Of a stretch of DNA of 47,988 bases, positions 38,165-47,988 are shown one piece after another. Made by a program: the position numbers and the translations under genes. Each line of letters begins with the position of its first letter. Position 1 is the first letter of the stretch. The stretch is from Salisapilia sapeloensis CBS 127946 (taxonomy: Eukaryota; Protista; Oomycota): NCBI GenBank assembly GCA_023334545.1, contig JAADVB010000144.1, forward strand, positions 1 through 47,988, given 5' to 3'. Below the pieces are notes generated by a model. That model saw nothing but the letters and a program-made list of their open reading frames with translations, had not been told where the DNA came from and ran no database searches.

Positions 38165-39244
38165 TTATTTCATTTCTACACTCGAATGGAGTGCCCCGAA
38201 TAAAAAGTCGATCGCCGTGTCGTACACGTGCGTCGGTCGAGACGTATAATGTTCACCTTGTACCTTTTGGATCATACTCGGACCTTTGTACTTATTCGCG
38301 AGCTGTTCGCTATGATGCCCATGGACGTATTTGTCGTCATGACCGGTGAGGAAGAGAGCAGGGAGGAGACAGAACGGAACTAATTCGATCGGACGGATGC
38401 GATCGAGGTCGACGTCCGTACGTTTCTTGACACTCTTCTCGACGAAGATGGTGGCAGCTCGAAAGACTGCGGATGGAACGTCGAAACCTTCTTTCTTGAT
38501 GCTACTCATAAGCTCCTGCACGAGCTTAGTCATGGTCGCGTAGCCGCCATCTAGTACCATCCCTTTAATAGGTTTCTCGATCGATAGAAGCTCGGGACGA
38601 CGAAAGGAGGCAGGAAGACTCTGCAGCTTTTTACGCTGCTTGGCGTCACGTGTGGTGGCAACGACGTTGGCAATGGCTGGGTACGTTCCCATGCTATGTG
38701 CATAGAAGCAGAAGGACTTCACGCTCGGGTCTTTGTCTAGATGCTCTAGTACCGAGTGCAAGTCCGTCGCTTCGTTCCATCCCATGGTCACGAAGAGCCC
38801 ATCGGACTGTCCGGAACCGGAGAAATCAAAGGCAAAAACGGACATGCCTCTGTCGAGAGCTTGGTCTCGAACACGCAAGGCATCGACACGGCTGCCGAGG
38901 TTCGAGTGCAAGTAGACGAGGCATGGAGCTGCCGTGGGCGATGTCGCCGAGGTATCGAATAATTGCCAATAGGAGCACTCGATTTTCAAGTCGCGTTCAT
39001 TGAGCAGGGTCAAGTCTTTCCGACGTGCCTCTTGGCCGTTGTCAAGACCGATGGTCGTGTCACCCAAGTCGGCGACGTCATAGACGCATCGCGGCGGTCG
39101 AATGACCGATGAAATCATGTCGTTGTATGTATCTGCGACATACTTTTGGATACTATCATCACCAGCAGCTCCTTTCTTCTTGAGCTCTTGCTCGAGCTCA
39201 CCTTCTTCAAATATCTCGATTTGCGAGGAACCTCCACTACCCAT
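38165..39244 (-). CDS. Alpha/beta hydrolase, probably N-myristoylated
   Basis: N-terminus MGSGGSS; VYLHSNLGSR, FDFSGSG.SDG, nucleophile elbow AHSMG, Asp in GHDDKYV and His in GEH. Confidence 0.85.
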   Translation of the reverse strand: MGSGGSSQIEIFEEGELEQELKKKGAAGDDSIQKYVADTYNDMISSVIRPPRCVYDVADLGDTTIGLDNGQEARRKDLTLLNERDLKIECSYWQLFDTSATSPTAAPCLVYLHSNLGSRVDALRVRDQALDRGMSVFAFDFSGSGQSDGLFVTMGWNEATDLHSVLEHLDKDPSVKSFCFYAHSMGTYPAIANVVATTRDAKQRKKLQSLPASFRRPELLSIEKPIKGMVLDGGYATMTKLVQELMSSIKKEGFDVPSAVFRAATIFVEKSVKKRTDVDLDRIRPIELVPFCLLPALFLTGHDDKYVHGHHSEQLANKYKGPSMIQKVQGEHYTSRPTHVYDTAIDFLFGALHSSVEMK

Positions 39245-39394
39245 CTCTACTTGTCTTCACGTTCTGCTGGAAGGGATGATGATGACGACGATGCTTCTCG
39301 AATTTTGACCAATCTAACATTCTAAAATTACTTTATAGCCAATGAAATATCTGATATAAATATCACACTTGAATTAGTCATTTCATACTTGAAT

Positions 39395-40082
39395 ATGCTA
39401 TTTGGAGGTACTCGTCGACTATTCCACTCGACGCGACGTGCTGCGTTCATTTTACGCAACCCAGGCGATGCGTCTGTTGCGACAGTGGAAAATGCGGCGG
39501 CGGAAAACATGACAAGTCGGTACGTTTGCAACATAAAAGATGGTTTTGTATGTATGAAGTGGAATCGAATGATCATGCGGATGTAGTCGAGTCATTAGCC
39601 GCAGTGATGGCATGGGCTTCTCGATGCAGCAGGAAATCTTCCGCAAGGATACCCCCGTCCGACTAGACTTTCGCAATCACGTCTACGCATTGACCGTGAC
39701 GCAAGGTCATGGCGAAGTGCGATTGCTCGAGACGCGTGGTGGTGCCGGAGGGAAGGCGCAGGATATCCGAGAAGGATCGACCATTGCACTCAGTGCTTCC
39801 ACTGTCATTGAAGTCATTGCCAAGTCGGACGAGCTGCACGCTGTCAGGTAGATTTGTTTGCGCATACAAGATACGAAGGTGGGCTAAGATTTTTTATGCA
39901 GCGTCATGAACCCTCCTCTTGTCGGCAGCGAAGAGCTAAATGAAGATGGAGTATTCCCAGCAGCTGATGAAGACGGCACGGAACTAAGCAGTTACGACCG
40001 TAGTGCATTGCGTCGATTGATGGACCCTCCAGAGTCGCTGAAAGCAGGCACTCAGCCCATGAAAGATCATCCATTTTTCTAG
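39395..40082 (+). CDS. ectC-like: Ectoine synthase (EctC)-like cupin with mitochondrial-type presequence and substituted iron ligands; exons 39395-39519, 39587-39847, 39902-40082 (188 aa)
   Basis: Two GT..AG introns (39520-39586, 39848-39901) give an open frame: MLFGGTRRLFHSTRRAA-FILRN...TSRRVISRSDGMGFS...DFRNHVYAL..GHGEV...IREGSTIAL...SVMNPPLVGSEELNEDGVFP. This aligns collinearly with remembered EctC IVR...SRRL...DGMGFS...YKNHLEAVY..GEGE...PGT.YAL...CVFNPPLTG.E...EDG.YP. Confidence 0.85.
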
Positions 40083-40498
40083 TCCAGTAGCGTAGACATA
40101 GACATCTTTATGGCAAACGCTCGATTCCAAGTCATACCAAGTGATCTCTACTTTTATGTTCTCTCTTTCTCATACCAAGGTCGGACATCGTCCTATTGGC
40201 AAACTCGCTCTTCAAAGTCGGAGAGTACGTTCTGAATTTCCATGTGCGTTCGTGAAAGGTAGAAGGAAGGATAGAAAGCCATGTTGTTTCACAGACGACT
40301 ACTCAATCTGGATCCACTCGACTCTTATTAGCCTGTCTACATACCATTCTCTGCCATGTAGAACGAGGACTGTCGTGTACAGTTACAACTTGTGATTTCC
40401 TTCCGCGGCTGTATACTACTGGCCATTCTCCTACTTGATTCCAACCTCCAATATCACTTGCGGTCCGTCTCCACCCTGCCATAGCTGGTTTACAAACG

Positions 40499-42559
40499 AT
40501 GGGGAAAAAGACAAAGAGGTTACCACGGGATCGCACATCTACAGCCGCGACACTCTCCGCGTCAACCTGTTCGCCTTCACCGGAAGCATCCAACGACATT
40601 GTGATGCTCGAAGGAGATTCACAACATAGCCCGATCGGACAGTCAGATTTATCCCACAAGATCGATATGTCGATAGAAAATCTCAACTCCGAGCTGGCGG
40701 AAAGCGTGGCAGCGTCTGCCACAACTGACGTGCGATACTATCGACAGTATCCTCACTTTCACGATGTGGATGAGATGAATGCGAGATTACCAGCACCCAT
40801 GAACCGGTGTTCACTCACGTGGTCCAACGTCAGCTACGCACTACAAGCACCTCGTAAAATCTGTCGGAACGTGCCACGAAGAGGCAAGAGTGAGCAGTAT
40901 ATCTTGCGTGATGTATCCGGTCGATCAGCTCCAGGAGAACTAACAGCTATCTTGGGGTCATCTGGAGCTGGAAAGACAACGTTATTGGACATCTTAGCCG
41001 ATCGAGTTCGTAGCAGCAAGTATACCCGAGTGGATGGAAGCATTGAGCTCAACGGACAGCCACGACAGGCAAAGACGTTTCGATCCATGGTGAGCTACGT
41101 ACCACAGGACATGGCATTCATGGGTTCTTTTACCGTACTCGAGACACTTCAGATGGCAGCTGGACTTAGTCTACCTAGCTACGTGCCTCAGATGACACGA
41201 GAGATGCGTGTGCAGGACGTTATCGATGACATGGGACTGCGTAGTTGCGCCCGAACGAAAGTTGGCGATGTCTTTTGCAAAGGTATCTCCACTGGCCAAC
41301 GAAAGCGGTTGGGCATCGCAGTCGAATTATTATCAAATCCTTCTATCCTACTGCTGGATGAGCCCACGTCTGGACTGGATGCTTCCTCTGCATGCAACGT
41401 CATGCATCATTTGGTTCAACTCGTCAAAAGTGGGAAGAACATTGTTTGCACACTACACCAACCGTCTTCTAAGATCTACATGATGCTTTCGAATATTGCG
41501 ATTATGAGTGCTGGTAGACTCGTTTACTTTGGTCCTACTTCCTCTGCTTTGCAGCATTTTGAGCAGCTAAGGTACCCGTGTCCGATGTACTCAAATCCAG
41601 CCGAGCACTTCCTACAGCTCGTGAATAAAGACTTTCACGACGATCTTGATATCGTGCCGTTTGTCGCTGCATGGGTCGACAGTCATGAAGCACACTCATT
41701 ATCTCAAAGCATTGCTGCCGATAAACAACAGTATTGTGGCATCGAACAGGACGTTGTCCATACGCTATCACCTTCTGCAGTGCATCAATTCACAGTGTTT
41801 CTGCATCGTAACTGGGCTAACAATTGGCGCAATCCAGGTGTCTTCTGGATCCGAGTCTTTATGTACGTCATGCTGACGTTTATGGTTGGAACCATGTACC
41901 TTTCAACCAACAATCACATCACGAGCAACGCGATGGTATCTCTACTCTTTTACGTCCAGGCGTTCCTCGTGTTCATGTCAGTTGCAGTACTTCCTGCTAT
42001 CATTGAACAGCGAGCTGTGCTTGATCGAGAGATGCTTAACAACTCGATCAACGTGTTCAGCTACACTATCGCCAATCTCGTAGGTGGCTTACCTGGACTG
42101 ATTGTCATCTCGCTACTTGCAACGACTATCGTGGTCTACCTCGCAGGCGTGTACTCGTTTGGTTCCTTCTTCTTCAATCTACTGCTCTCATTAATCGTAG
42201 CAGAGAGCTTAATGCACGTCATTGGCGCTGCGGTGCCTCATTATATCATCGGCATCGCTGTTGGCGCCGGCGTCTTTGGTATGTTTATGCTGTGTGAAGG
42301 CTTCATGGTGCCTTATAGCTACATCCCTTCCTACTGGATCTGGGGGTACTACTTGGCTTTTCACACGTACTCGTTTCAATCCTTCATGTTCGAGCATTTC
42401 TCTACTATCAATACACCAGAGTCGTGGCAAGTGTTGAAAGAGTATGACATGGAAAACGTAAACGTTGGTAAGAATATGCTGGTGCTTATTGTATATGCGC
42501 TAGTACTACAACTGGTGTTTGGCTTCATCCTCCAGTATTCCAGTCACCGTCGGAAGTAG
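40499..42559 (+). CDS. ABCG (White-type) half transporter, NBD-TMD
   Basis: Walker A GSSGAGKT, signature ISTGQRKR, Walker B LLLDEPTSGLD, H-loop LHQP, and a multi-helix C-terminal TMD. Confidence 0.95.
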   Translation: MGKKTKRLPRDRTSTAATLSASTCSPSPEASNDIVMLEGDSQHSPIGQSDLSHKIDMSIENLNSELAESVAASATTDVRYYRQYPHFHDVDEMNARLPAPMNRCSLTWSNVSYALQAPRKICRNVPRRGKSEQYILRDVSGRSAPGELTAILGSSGAGKTTLLDILADRVRSSKYTRVDGSIELNGQPRQAKTFRSMVSYVPQDMAFMGSFTVLETLQMAAGLSLPSYVPQMTREMRVQDVIDDMGLRSCARTKVGDVFCKGISTGQRKRLGIAVELLSNPSILLLDEPTSGLDASSACNVMHHLVQLVKSGKNIVCTLHQPSSKIYMMLSNIAIMSAGRLVYFGPTSSALQHFEQLRYPCPMYSNPAEHFLQLVNKDFHDDLDIVPFVAAWVDSHEAHSLSQSIAADKQQYCGIEQDVVHTLSPSAVHQFTVFLHRNWANNWRNPGVFWIRVFMYVMLTFMVGTMYLSTNNHITSNAMVSLLFYVQAFLVFMSVAVLPAIIEQRAVLDREMLNNSINVFSYTIANLVGGLPGLIVISLLATTIVVYLAGVYSFGSFFFNLLLSLIVAESLMHVIGAAVPHYIIGIAVGAGVFGMFMLCEGFMVPYSYIPSYWIWGYYLAFHTYSFQSFMFEHFSTINTPESWQVLKEYDMENVNVGKNMLVLIVYALVLQLVFGFILQYSSHRRK

Positions 42560-42615
42560 AGTGCAGAGCTTGACATTGGAATCGATTTGGTCACTTGTAG
42601 ACACGAAAGTGTACT

Positions 42616-43548
42616 CTACAGCTGCTTTTGTCGACGTTTGTGGTCTTGAATGGCTTGCAGAGTCTGCTTTAGCTCCGCCTCGACTGTCGCGAGAGCGTCT
42701 GCATCTAGCGAGTCGAGGTTGTATCCTCGGTACACCATCAGCCGATGAACTTCTGCTTCCGAGTCTTGCAACTCATGTCGAAGCTCGCAAATCTCCTGCT
42801 GCAGCTCTTCTATCTCTTCGCTATCATCTGCACCAGAGTCTTCACTGGTTTTGCTAGAAGACATTTTGCGCAGCAGAAGCGTCGTCGATTGGGAGCCTTT
42901 AGGTAGTAGTAGCTGGAGAACGATGACACTTCCCATGCTGATGCAACCAGCTAAAAGTAGAAAGAAAATTTTGTTCTTGAGAAAGAATGCTGCAATGTCT
43001 TCTAGCTTGGCTTCCGACGATGGAGGCAGAGTGACTACTTCACTCCACGGTCCTTCTGTCTCGGTCGCGAAGATGTTCGGAAGGTATTTTGATCCCTCCA
43101 ACACTTTCATTCGTACTCTAAAATGGGTTTCTACGTCCTGAGGAAAGTCATCGAGGATAGCCATGCTATCAGCAGTCGTTAGTTGGCGATTCGCTGGATG
43201 CCACAGCGCGTCGAAGCCCCAACCATCAACCCATACTTGCAGGTCGTACGTAAAGTAGTCCGAATTCGCATCTAATATCTTTCGCGCTGCACTTGCAGTA
43301 GGATGATCATCCCACGTCGCGACCACTTTGGACGTTGTCGTCTTATGCTCGTCATCGACTGCATACCGTATACGCTCGACGGACAAGTTGTTCACCCGTA
43401 GGTCGATAGTATAATCCTCGCCTAGCAATTGTCGTCGCAGGTTATCCAAGGACGCATCAGTGAATGGAAGTGCATGTAGCACTTGTAAGTAGCTTAATGC
43501 GAGCAAGAAGAAGAAGAAGCGAAGGGCTGCCATAGCTGTCATGTGCAA
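42616..43548 (-). CDS. Type I membrane protein: signal peptide, FN3-like ectodomain, one TM helix, cytosolic coiled coil
   Basis: Hydrophobic N-terminus FFFFLLALSYLQVLHA; FN3-like VVATW...YDLQVW...FRVR...GPWSEVVT; TM IFFLLLAGCISMGSVIVLQLLL; C-terminal heptads. Confidence 0.7.
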   Translation of the reverse strand: MHMTAMAALRFFFFLLALSYLQVLHALPFTDASLDNLRRQLLGEDYTIDLRVNNLSVERIRYAVDDEHKTTTSKVVATWDDHPTASAARKILDANSDYFTYDLQVWVDGWGFDALWHPANRQLTTADSMAILDDFPQDVETHFRVRMKVLEGSKYLPNIFATETEGPWSEVVTLPPSSEAKLEDIAAFFLKNKIFFLLLAGCISMGSVIVLQLLLPKGSQSTTLLLRKMSSSKTSEDSGADDSEEIEELQQEICELRHELQDSEAEVHRLMVYRGYNLDSLDADALATVEAELKQTLQAIQDHKRRQKQL

Positions 43549-44236
43549 GTGTGATGGTAAAATTCGATAATCTTAAGAAGTCGTGGTATGGATTTCAAGG
43601 TCGCAGTTACGTAGCATCGAAATTGTCTGTTCGTTTTCGTCTCTAATGCTATCAAAGGGAAGAGTTTATACATTTGCAAGTACCAAGGCGGTTGAGTGAG
43701 GCTATTGGCTTGATGCGTTATCAACGACAGTCATTCGACGTCTCCTCGCCGTCGCAGGAAGCGATGCGTTGTGAATGTACCGTTGTCAATCGTCTTATGT
43801 TTGCCTCTTGAGGTAGCAGTTAAGGTGTCAGATCTGTTTGGTGGTCTGATGCTGTTTAAATGTTTTCATGTGAAGTGTACTCAGATCCTATCTTCCATCT
43901 TAATGTTGCTATTACTCTTACTCGTTAAATAGCTTTCATACAGTCAAAGGAACGCTTGGAAACCAACAGTTGCAAGAGTATGCTTCCGATAGTCATCTTC
44001 ACGTTGTGGTAGTGGTCCGATCTCCCCATAGGTGCTAAGCATTGGCCAATTTTCGTCATCTCGACAGGAATCCCACGAGCCAAATGAATTATCATTCGCA
44101 AGCATAAATAGATATCAAATAGACAACAAGTTGTATGGTATGCCTACCGAGGTACGATACGGCTGGTCTGACAAGATAATGAGTCGAACTTTTGGCACAT
44201 CCACAGTAAAGGCAAAACGTAACATTGATTCCTAGA

Positions 44237-45884
44237 CTACTCTCGTTTGGAATATCCCGATGAAGCCACAAGGCCGCTTCCTGTCGCTCCATTTAATCGT
44301 GCGTCTCCAGTACTCATTCGATAAATGAGCGAGTCTCTCATTTTTTCCAAATACACTGGTATACGAGAGATCCATGCATATCGATTCGAGTCGGAGAGAT
44401 TGTGTTCGTCCGAGTAGAGCTTGTTCAGCATCATCCGCTTGACCAGGACATACGGCGTACCTCTCTCATCCACATGTGCAGTCAGCAATGCTCTATTCAT
44501 CATAATGAATCGTCAGTTTCTCATGTAATCACACTAGTCGACATGGCATACCCATGCAAGCTATCCTTTCGAATGAATTTTTTGCTCTCGTATGGATGCA
44601 AGTCATCAACATCGACACTGTCCATGACGATGACGACCGAGTTGGCTTCTGCTTTACTGAATACGAGACTATTAAGCTCTGTGGAGGGAACGTATTCCTT
44701 CCTCCACTGCAGCTTGGTCACATTGCGCTGATGCAAATAGTGATACTGCACTTCGTCATAGATATATACATCGTTGACACAGTCCGATGATACTTTAATA
44801 TCTTTATCGTTTTTGGTCAATTGGTCGCAGACAGCACATGCCATCTCTTGCAAATTAGCTCGCTCGAATTTCATGATGGAAAAGTGTAAACAATATTCTT
44901 TCCCAAAGCGATGGAAAGTATCACAGCTTTCATGTGGCTGACTGACGTCGATGTCACGAGTTCTTTCATCTAGAAACAAGCGTGTCATCTCGATTTTATC
45001 ATCTCGCATCGCCAAAATCTGTTGCCGTCTTTCCGTAGGGTCCGTTCCGAGGTGAATGTAGCTCTCCATCGGTAGCATAAGTGTCAAGCGCTGGTCGTGT
45101 CATGTTGTTAGCTACTAGTATGTTTACTTATATAAAGAAGGCGTACAAAGTTATTAACGGGAGCATCAAAAAGCATGGACTTGACTTTTTGTATGGCTGC
45201 TTTTTGCTGAAGAAGTAGATTGTGCATCGTCTGCTGCTCCATCTTCGACCTGGTCAAACGTCTGTGTTCGATCTCTCGTCGGCGTTTCAGCTTTTTCGCA
45301 ACACTTGTTAAATGGCTGTATTGTGCTTTCAAACTAATGATCTCTTTCTCCCGTATATCATCATCCTGTAACTCTTCGTCTTCACTACTGGACGAGTTGT
45401 CAGGTGAAGTGGAGTGGAGTGCTGGCGAAGATGGAGACCTCTCATCCATCAAATTCATCTCATCCTGTCCTACCAAAGAGTTTACAGCCGTGGTGCCAGC
45501 GAAAGTAGCAGCATTCGCAGTATTGGAGAGTGCAAGCTGGTCAACGGAGCTAGAATCACGTAGACCCAGCCAAATATCTTCCAATACATCCTGCACTTCA
45601 TCAGAGAATACGGAAAGCGTCGACGACATCTCTAGTTCCTTATCTAAATAGTCATTCTTATCTGCAGTATCTGCAGCTACTTGTAGCTGGTACTTCATGC
45701 TTCTATTTTCCACATGCATTCCAATGCCAATGCCATTATCACATCCCATCTCCTGTGCTGCTAGTCCATCCTCTTGCGTCGCTCTCGGATGGATCAAATC
45801 CTCCAACTCGGCTTCAATTTGGAGCAGCTCGTCTTCACCTTCAAGAGGAATATCTTCGAGAATTTGCGTGAGTTCGTCCGACAT
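44237..45884 (-). CDS. Oomycete-family protein paralog A (acidic N-terminus, basic coiled coil, START-like C-terminal region; M96-like)
   Basis: Exons joined across intron 45091-45146 and a second intron at about 44490-44550. Shares REKE.ISLKAQY, P.N..R..LM.P.ESYIHLGTD...RRQQIL..R..K and F.RFGK.YC..F with paralog B. Confidence 0.75.
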
Positions 45885-46131
45885 GACTACCGAAAGTAAT
45901 TGACTGCTAAATGTCTTCTCCGGAATCATGTAATGCATGTCTCCCCTGAGACGAAGCCACATGCGTACAATATCATAACTATAAAAGCTAAGAAAGAAAA
46001 AGAAGAAAGACAAGGAGACAAGTAGGTCTTCTTGTTGATTTTCACGTGCCTTAACGCTATACTAGCGCTCCAAACAACAAATAGAGTCGTCGATTTTCAT
46101 TCGACAATAGACGTTTTTAAAGTCAAGTCGC

Positions 46132-47659
46132 TTACCCTAGGTCTTCTGTCGCTAAATCCTTCCATGCTAGCAGATACTTATTCAGCTGATCTTGTGCTAC
46201 GTCCGACAGAATGCGTTCGTTTATGTGGAACTTAACTGTGGTAAATCTTTTCATAATAACTGATGATGTCCCGTCGTCATTCATATGACTTGTCAAGAGA
46301 AGTCCACTCGTATGATCCTTTCGAACGCGTGTTTGTGGTTCATATGGATATAGTTCATCGACGTCAATATAATCGTGTGCTAAGACGACACTGTCGGATC
46401 CGAGTTGAGAAAAGAATACGTTATTCGCTTCCAGTTCAGGGACGTTTTCTTGTGTGTTTTCAGTGCCCATGAGCACTCGTTGATGAATGAACGAGCACTG
46501 GACGTTGTCCAAAGCTTCATATCTAGTACGACAGTCCGAGGAAATGTAAACTAGATACGTTTCATCCATTACTTGATCATACAGGGCAGTGACAACGTCT
46601 TGGATACCAACGTCATCGTACTTGGAGATAACAAAGTTGACACAATACACTTTTCCAAACCGTTCAAACACGTCCGAGTAGGCGTACGGCTTGGATGTTT
46701 CTAACCCTCGTGCCTTTTCTTCTAAATATTGACGCGTGTACTCCAGTTTTTCTTCCCGAATACCTAAAATCTGCTGCCGACGTGCTTGGAAATCTGTACC
46801 CAAGTGAATGTAGCTTTCCGTTGGTGTCATTAATGCCATTCTCTATCTCACGTATGAGCTATGGCACTTGATTTACGACTACTAGAGGACGTACCACATC
46901 GTTGACAGGGGCGAACGACAGCATCGCACGAAAGGTTTCCACGTACACTTGCTGTTCGGAGACTAGTTTCTTTAATAGTTTACGATCACTTTCTGATTTA
47001 AGCTTTTGATCATGATCGATGTCACGACGCCGCTTAAGGACTTTGACGGTGGAGGATAAGTAGTCGTATTGAGCTTTTAGACTGATCATCTCTTTTTCTC
47101 TTAGCATTTCAGTCTCGTCGTCCATCTGATCTTCACTCTCTTCTTCAGACGTGTTGTCCGAAGATGACTTGTACGATCCAATACGGAAGGAATGTACAGA
47201 TGATGTAGGAGCATCGCTAGGAGTGTGTGGTTTAGGGAGAGGAGAGGTTTCGATATTAATACTATCCATACTATTCATCTCAACCTCATCGTCTGTCTGT
47301 AACAGCTCATTCTCGATCATGGACAAGTCTTCACCATCAAGAAACATTTCAGAAGGAAAGCCTTTATCAGCGTATAACGGGTTAAGAGATTCAGCTGTGG
47401 AGTGGAGTCCGAGGTCAATAAGATCATCCAAGTAAGGATCATCGTTGACGCCACTGTCCTCGTCGGGGAAGAGATCACTGAGTTGTGGGAGGCTCTGGTT
47501 GTATCCATCCAGCTCGGACGTGTCTTCCGCTGCCTGCAATGTTGTGTCTGCCGATGCGAGGCCAGTGTCGACACTCATAAGAGCGTCGACATGCTCATCG
47601 AGAGCGACATTGCTGCTATCACCTACGCCAAACACCTCAAGCTCATCCCTGTGATTCAT
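46132..47659 (-). CDS. Oomycete-family protein paralog B (tandem copy of A)
   Basis: Intron 46843-46894 lies at the same position as intron 1 of paralog A. Same conserved blocks as A. The stop at 46132 could be replaced by a further splice. Confidence 0.75.
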
Positions 47660-47690
47660 GCTAGACGAGTACCACTTCTTCCTTGTGGAG

Positions 47691-47704
47691 AAATAGCAAA
47701 GTGA
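47691..47704 (-). promoter_or_regulatory. INR+FPR-like element upstream of paralog B
   Basis: The minus strand reads TCACTTT-GCT-ATTT (YCAYTYY-NNN-WTTY), ending 31 nt upstream of the ATG at 47659. Confidence 0.55.
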
Positions 47705-47988
47705 ACGCAAGTGTTGGTCGTCAGTCGCCTTTAATGGAGTCTTTACAGCTCACCTGGATAAACTATAGAGTCTCGAAAATATCTACTCACAAGCACTTCC
47801 GACCAACACTTCCATCTGACTTCAATCGAGATTGGTAACCGAGGCTTCGAGTGGCTTTTACGTCTACCTACTAAGCTGGAGAGCTGTGTGTGTATTTAGA
47901 GAACTATTACGACTACCCAGATTGAACGATTGCAGCGCACTTTTATCTTATCGGCATAGTTGAGAAGCTCGGATGATTGGAGCAGGAA

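Noticed and set aside
39395-40082. Bacterial contamination as the source of the ectC-like and DUF501 genes
   Set aside because: Both contain spliceosomal GT..AG introns of the local size class and sit in head-to-head pairs with eukaryotic genes.
40303-40722. 139-aa minus-strand ORF opposite the ABCG start
   Set aside because: It is antisense to the low-complexity ABCG N-terminus, with no domain evidence.
43824-43850. GTGTCAGATCTGTTTGGTGGTCTGA loosely resembles an LSU rRNA segment or a C/D snoRNA guide
   Set aside because: The match is gapped and no convincing C box or terminal stem was seen; only an Rfam scan could rescue it.

Overview
Eukaryotic, gene-dense window, most likely from a flagellated oomycete. 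Evidence: short GT-AG introns of about 50-80 nt, oomycete-type INR+FPR core-promoter motifs, an oomycete-type tandem gene family, and axonemal dynein and SAS-6 genes. About 24 genes are packed into 48 kb with no transposon, rRNA, tRNA or CRISPR signal. In order: partial minus-strand gene, mitochondrial OTC, outer-arm beta-type dynein heavy chain, NUDT22-like Nudix, ATG3, Rab2-like GTPase, DUF501, TTC12-like, Tubby-like, ankyrin/coiled-coil, bHLH(-PAS-like) factor, 2-TM protein, PIG-Q, delta-9 desaturase, FYVE-SYLF protein, CBR4-like reductase, SAS-6, TBC RabGAP, alpha/beta hydrolase, EctC-like cupin, ABCG half-transporter, FN3 membrane protein and two tandem oomycete-family paralogs. The most striking item is invisible in the ORF track until spliced by hand. 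It is a three-exon, solitary ectoine-synthase (EctC)-like gene at 39395-40082 with a mitochondrial-type presequence and apparent loss of all three iron ligands. All family calls are by motif recognition from memory, and all splice models are manual; no database search was run.
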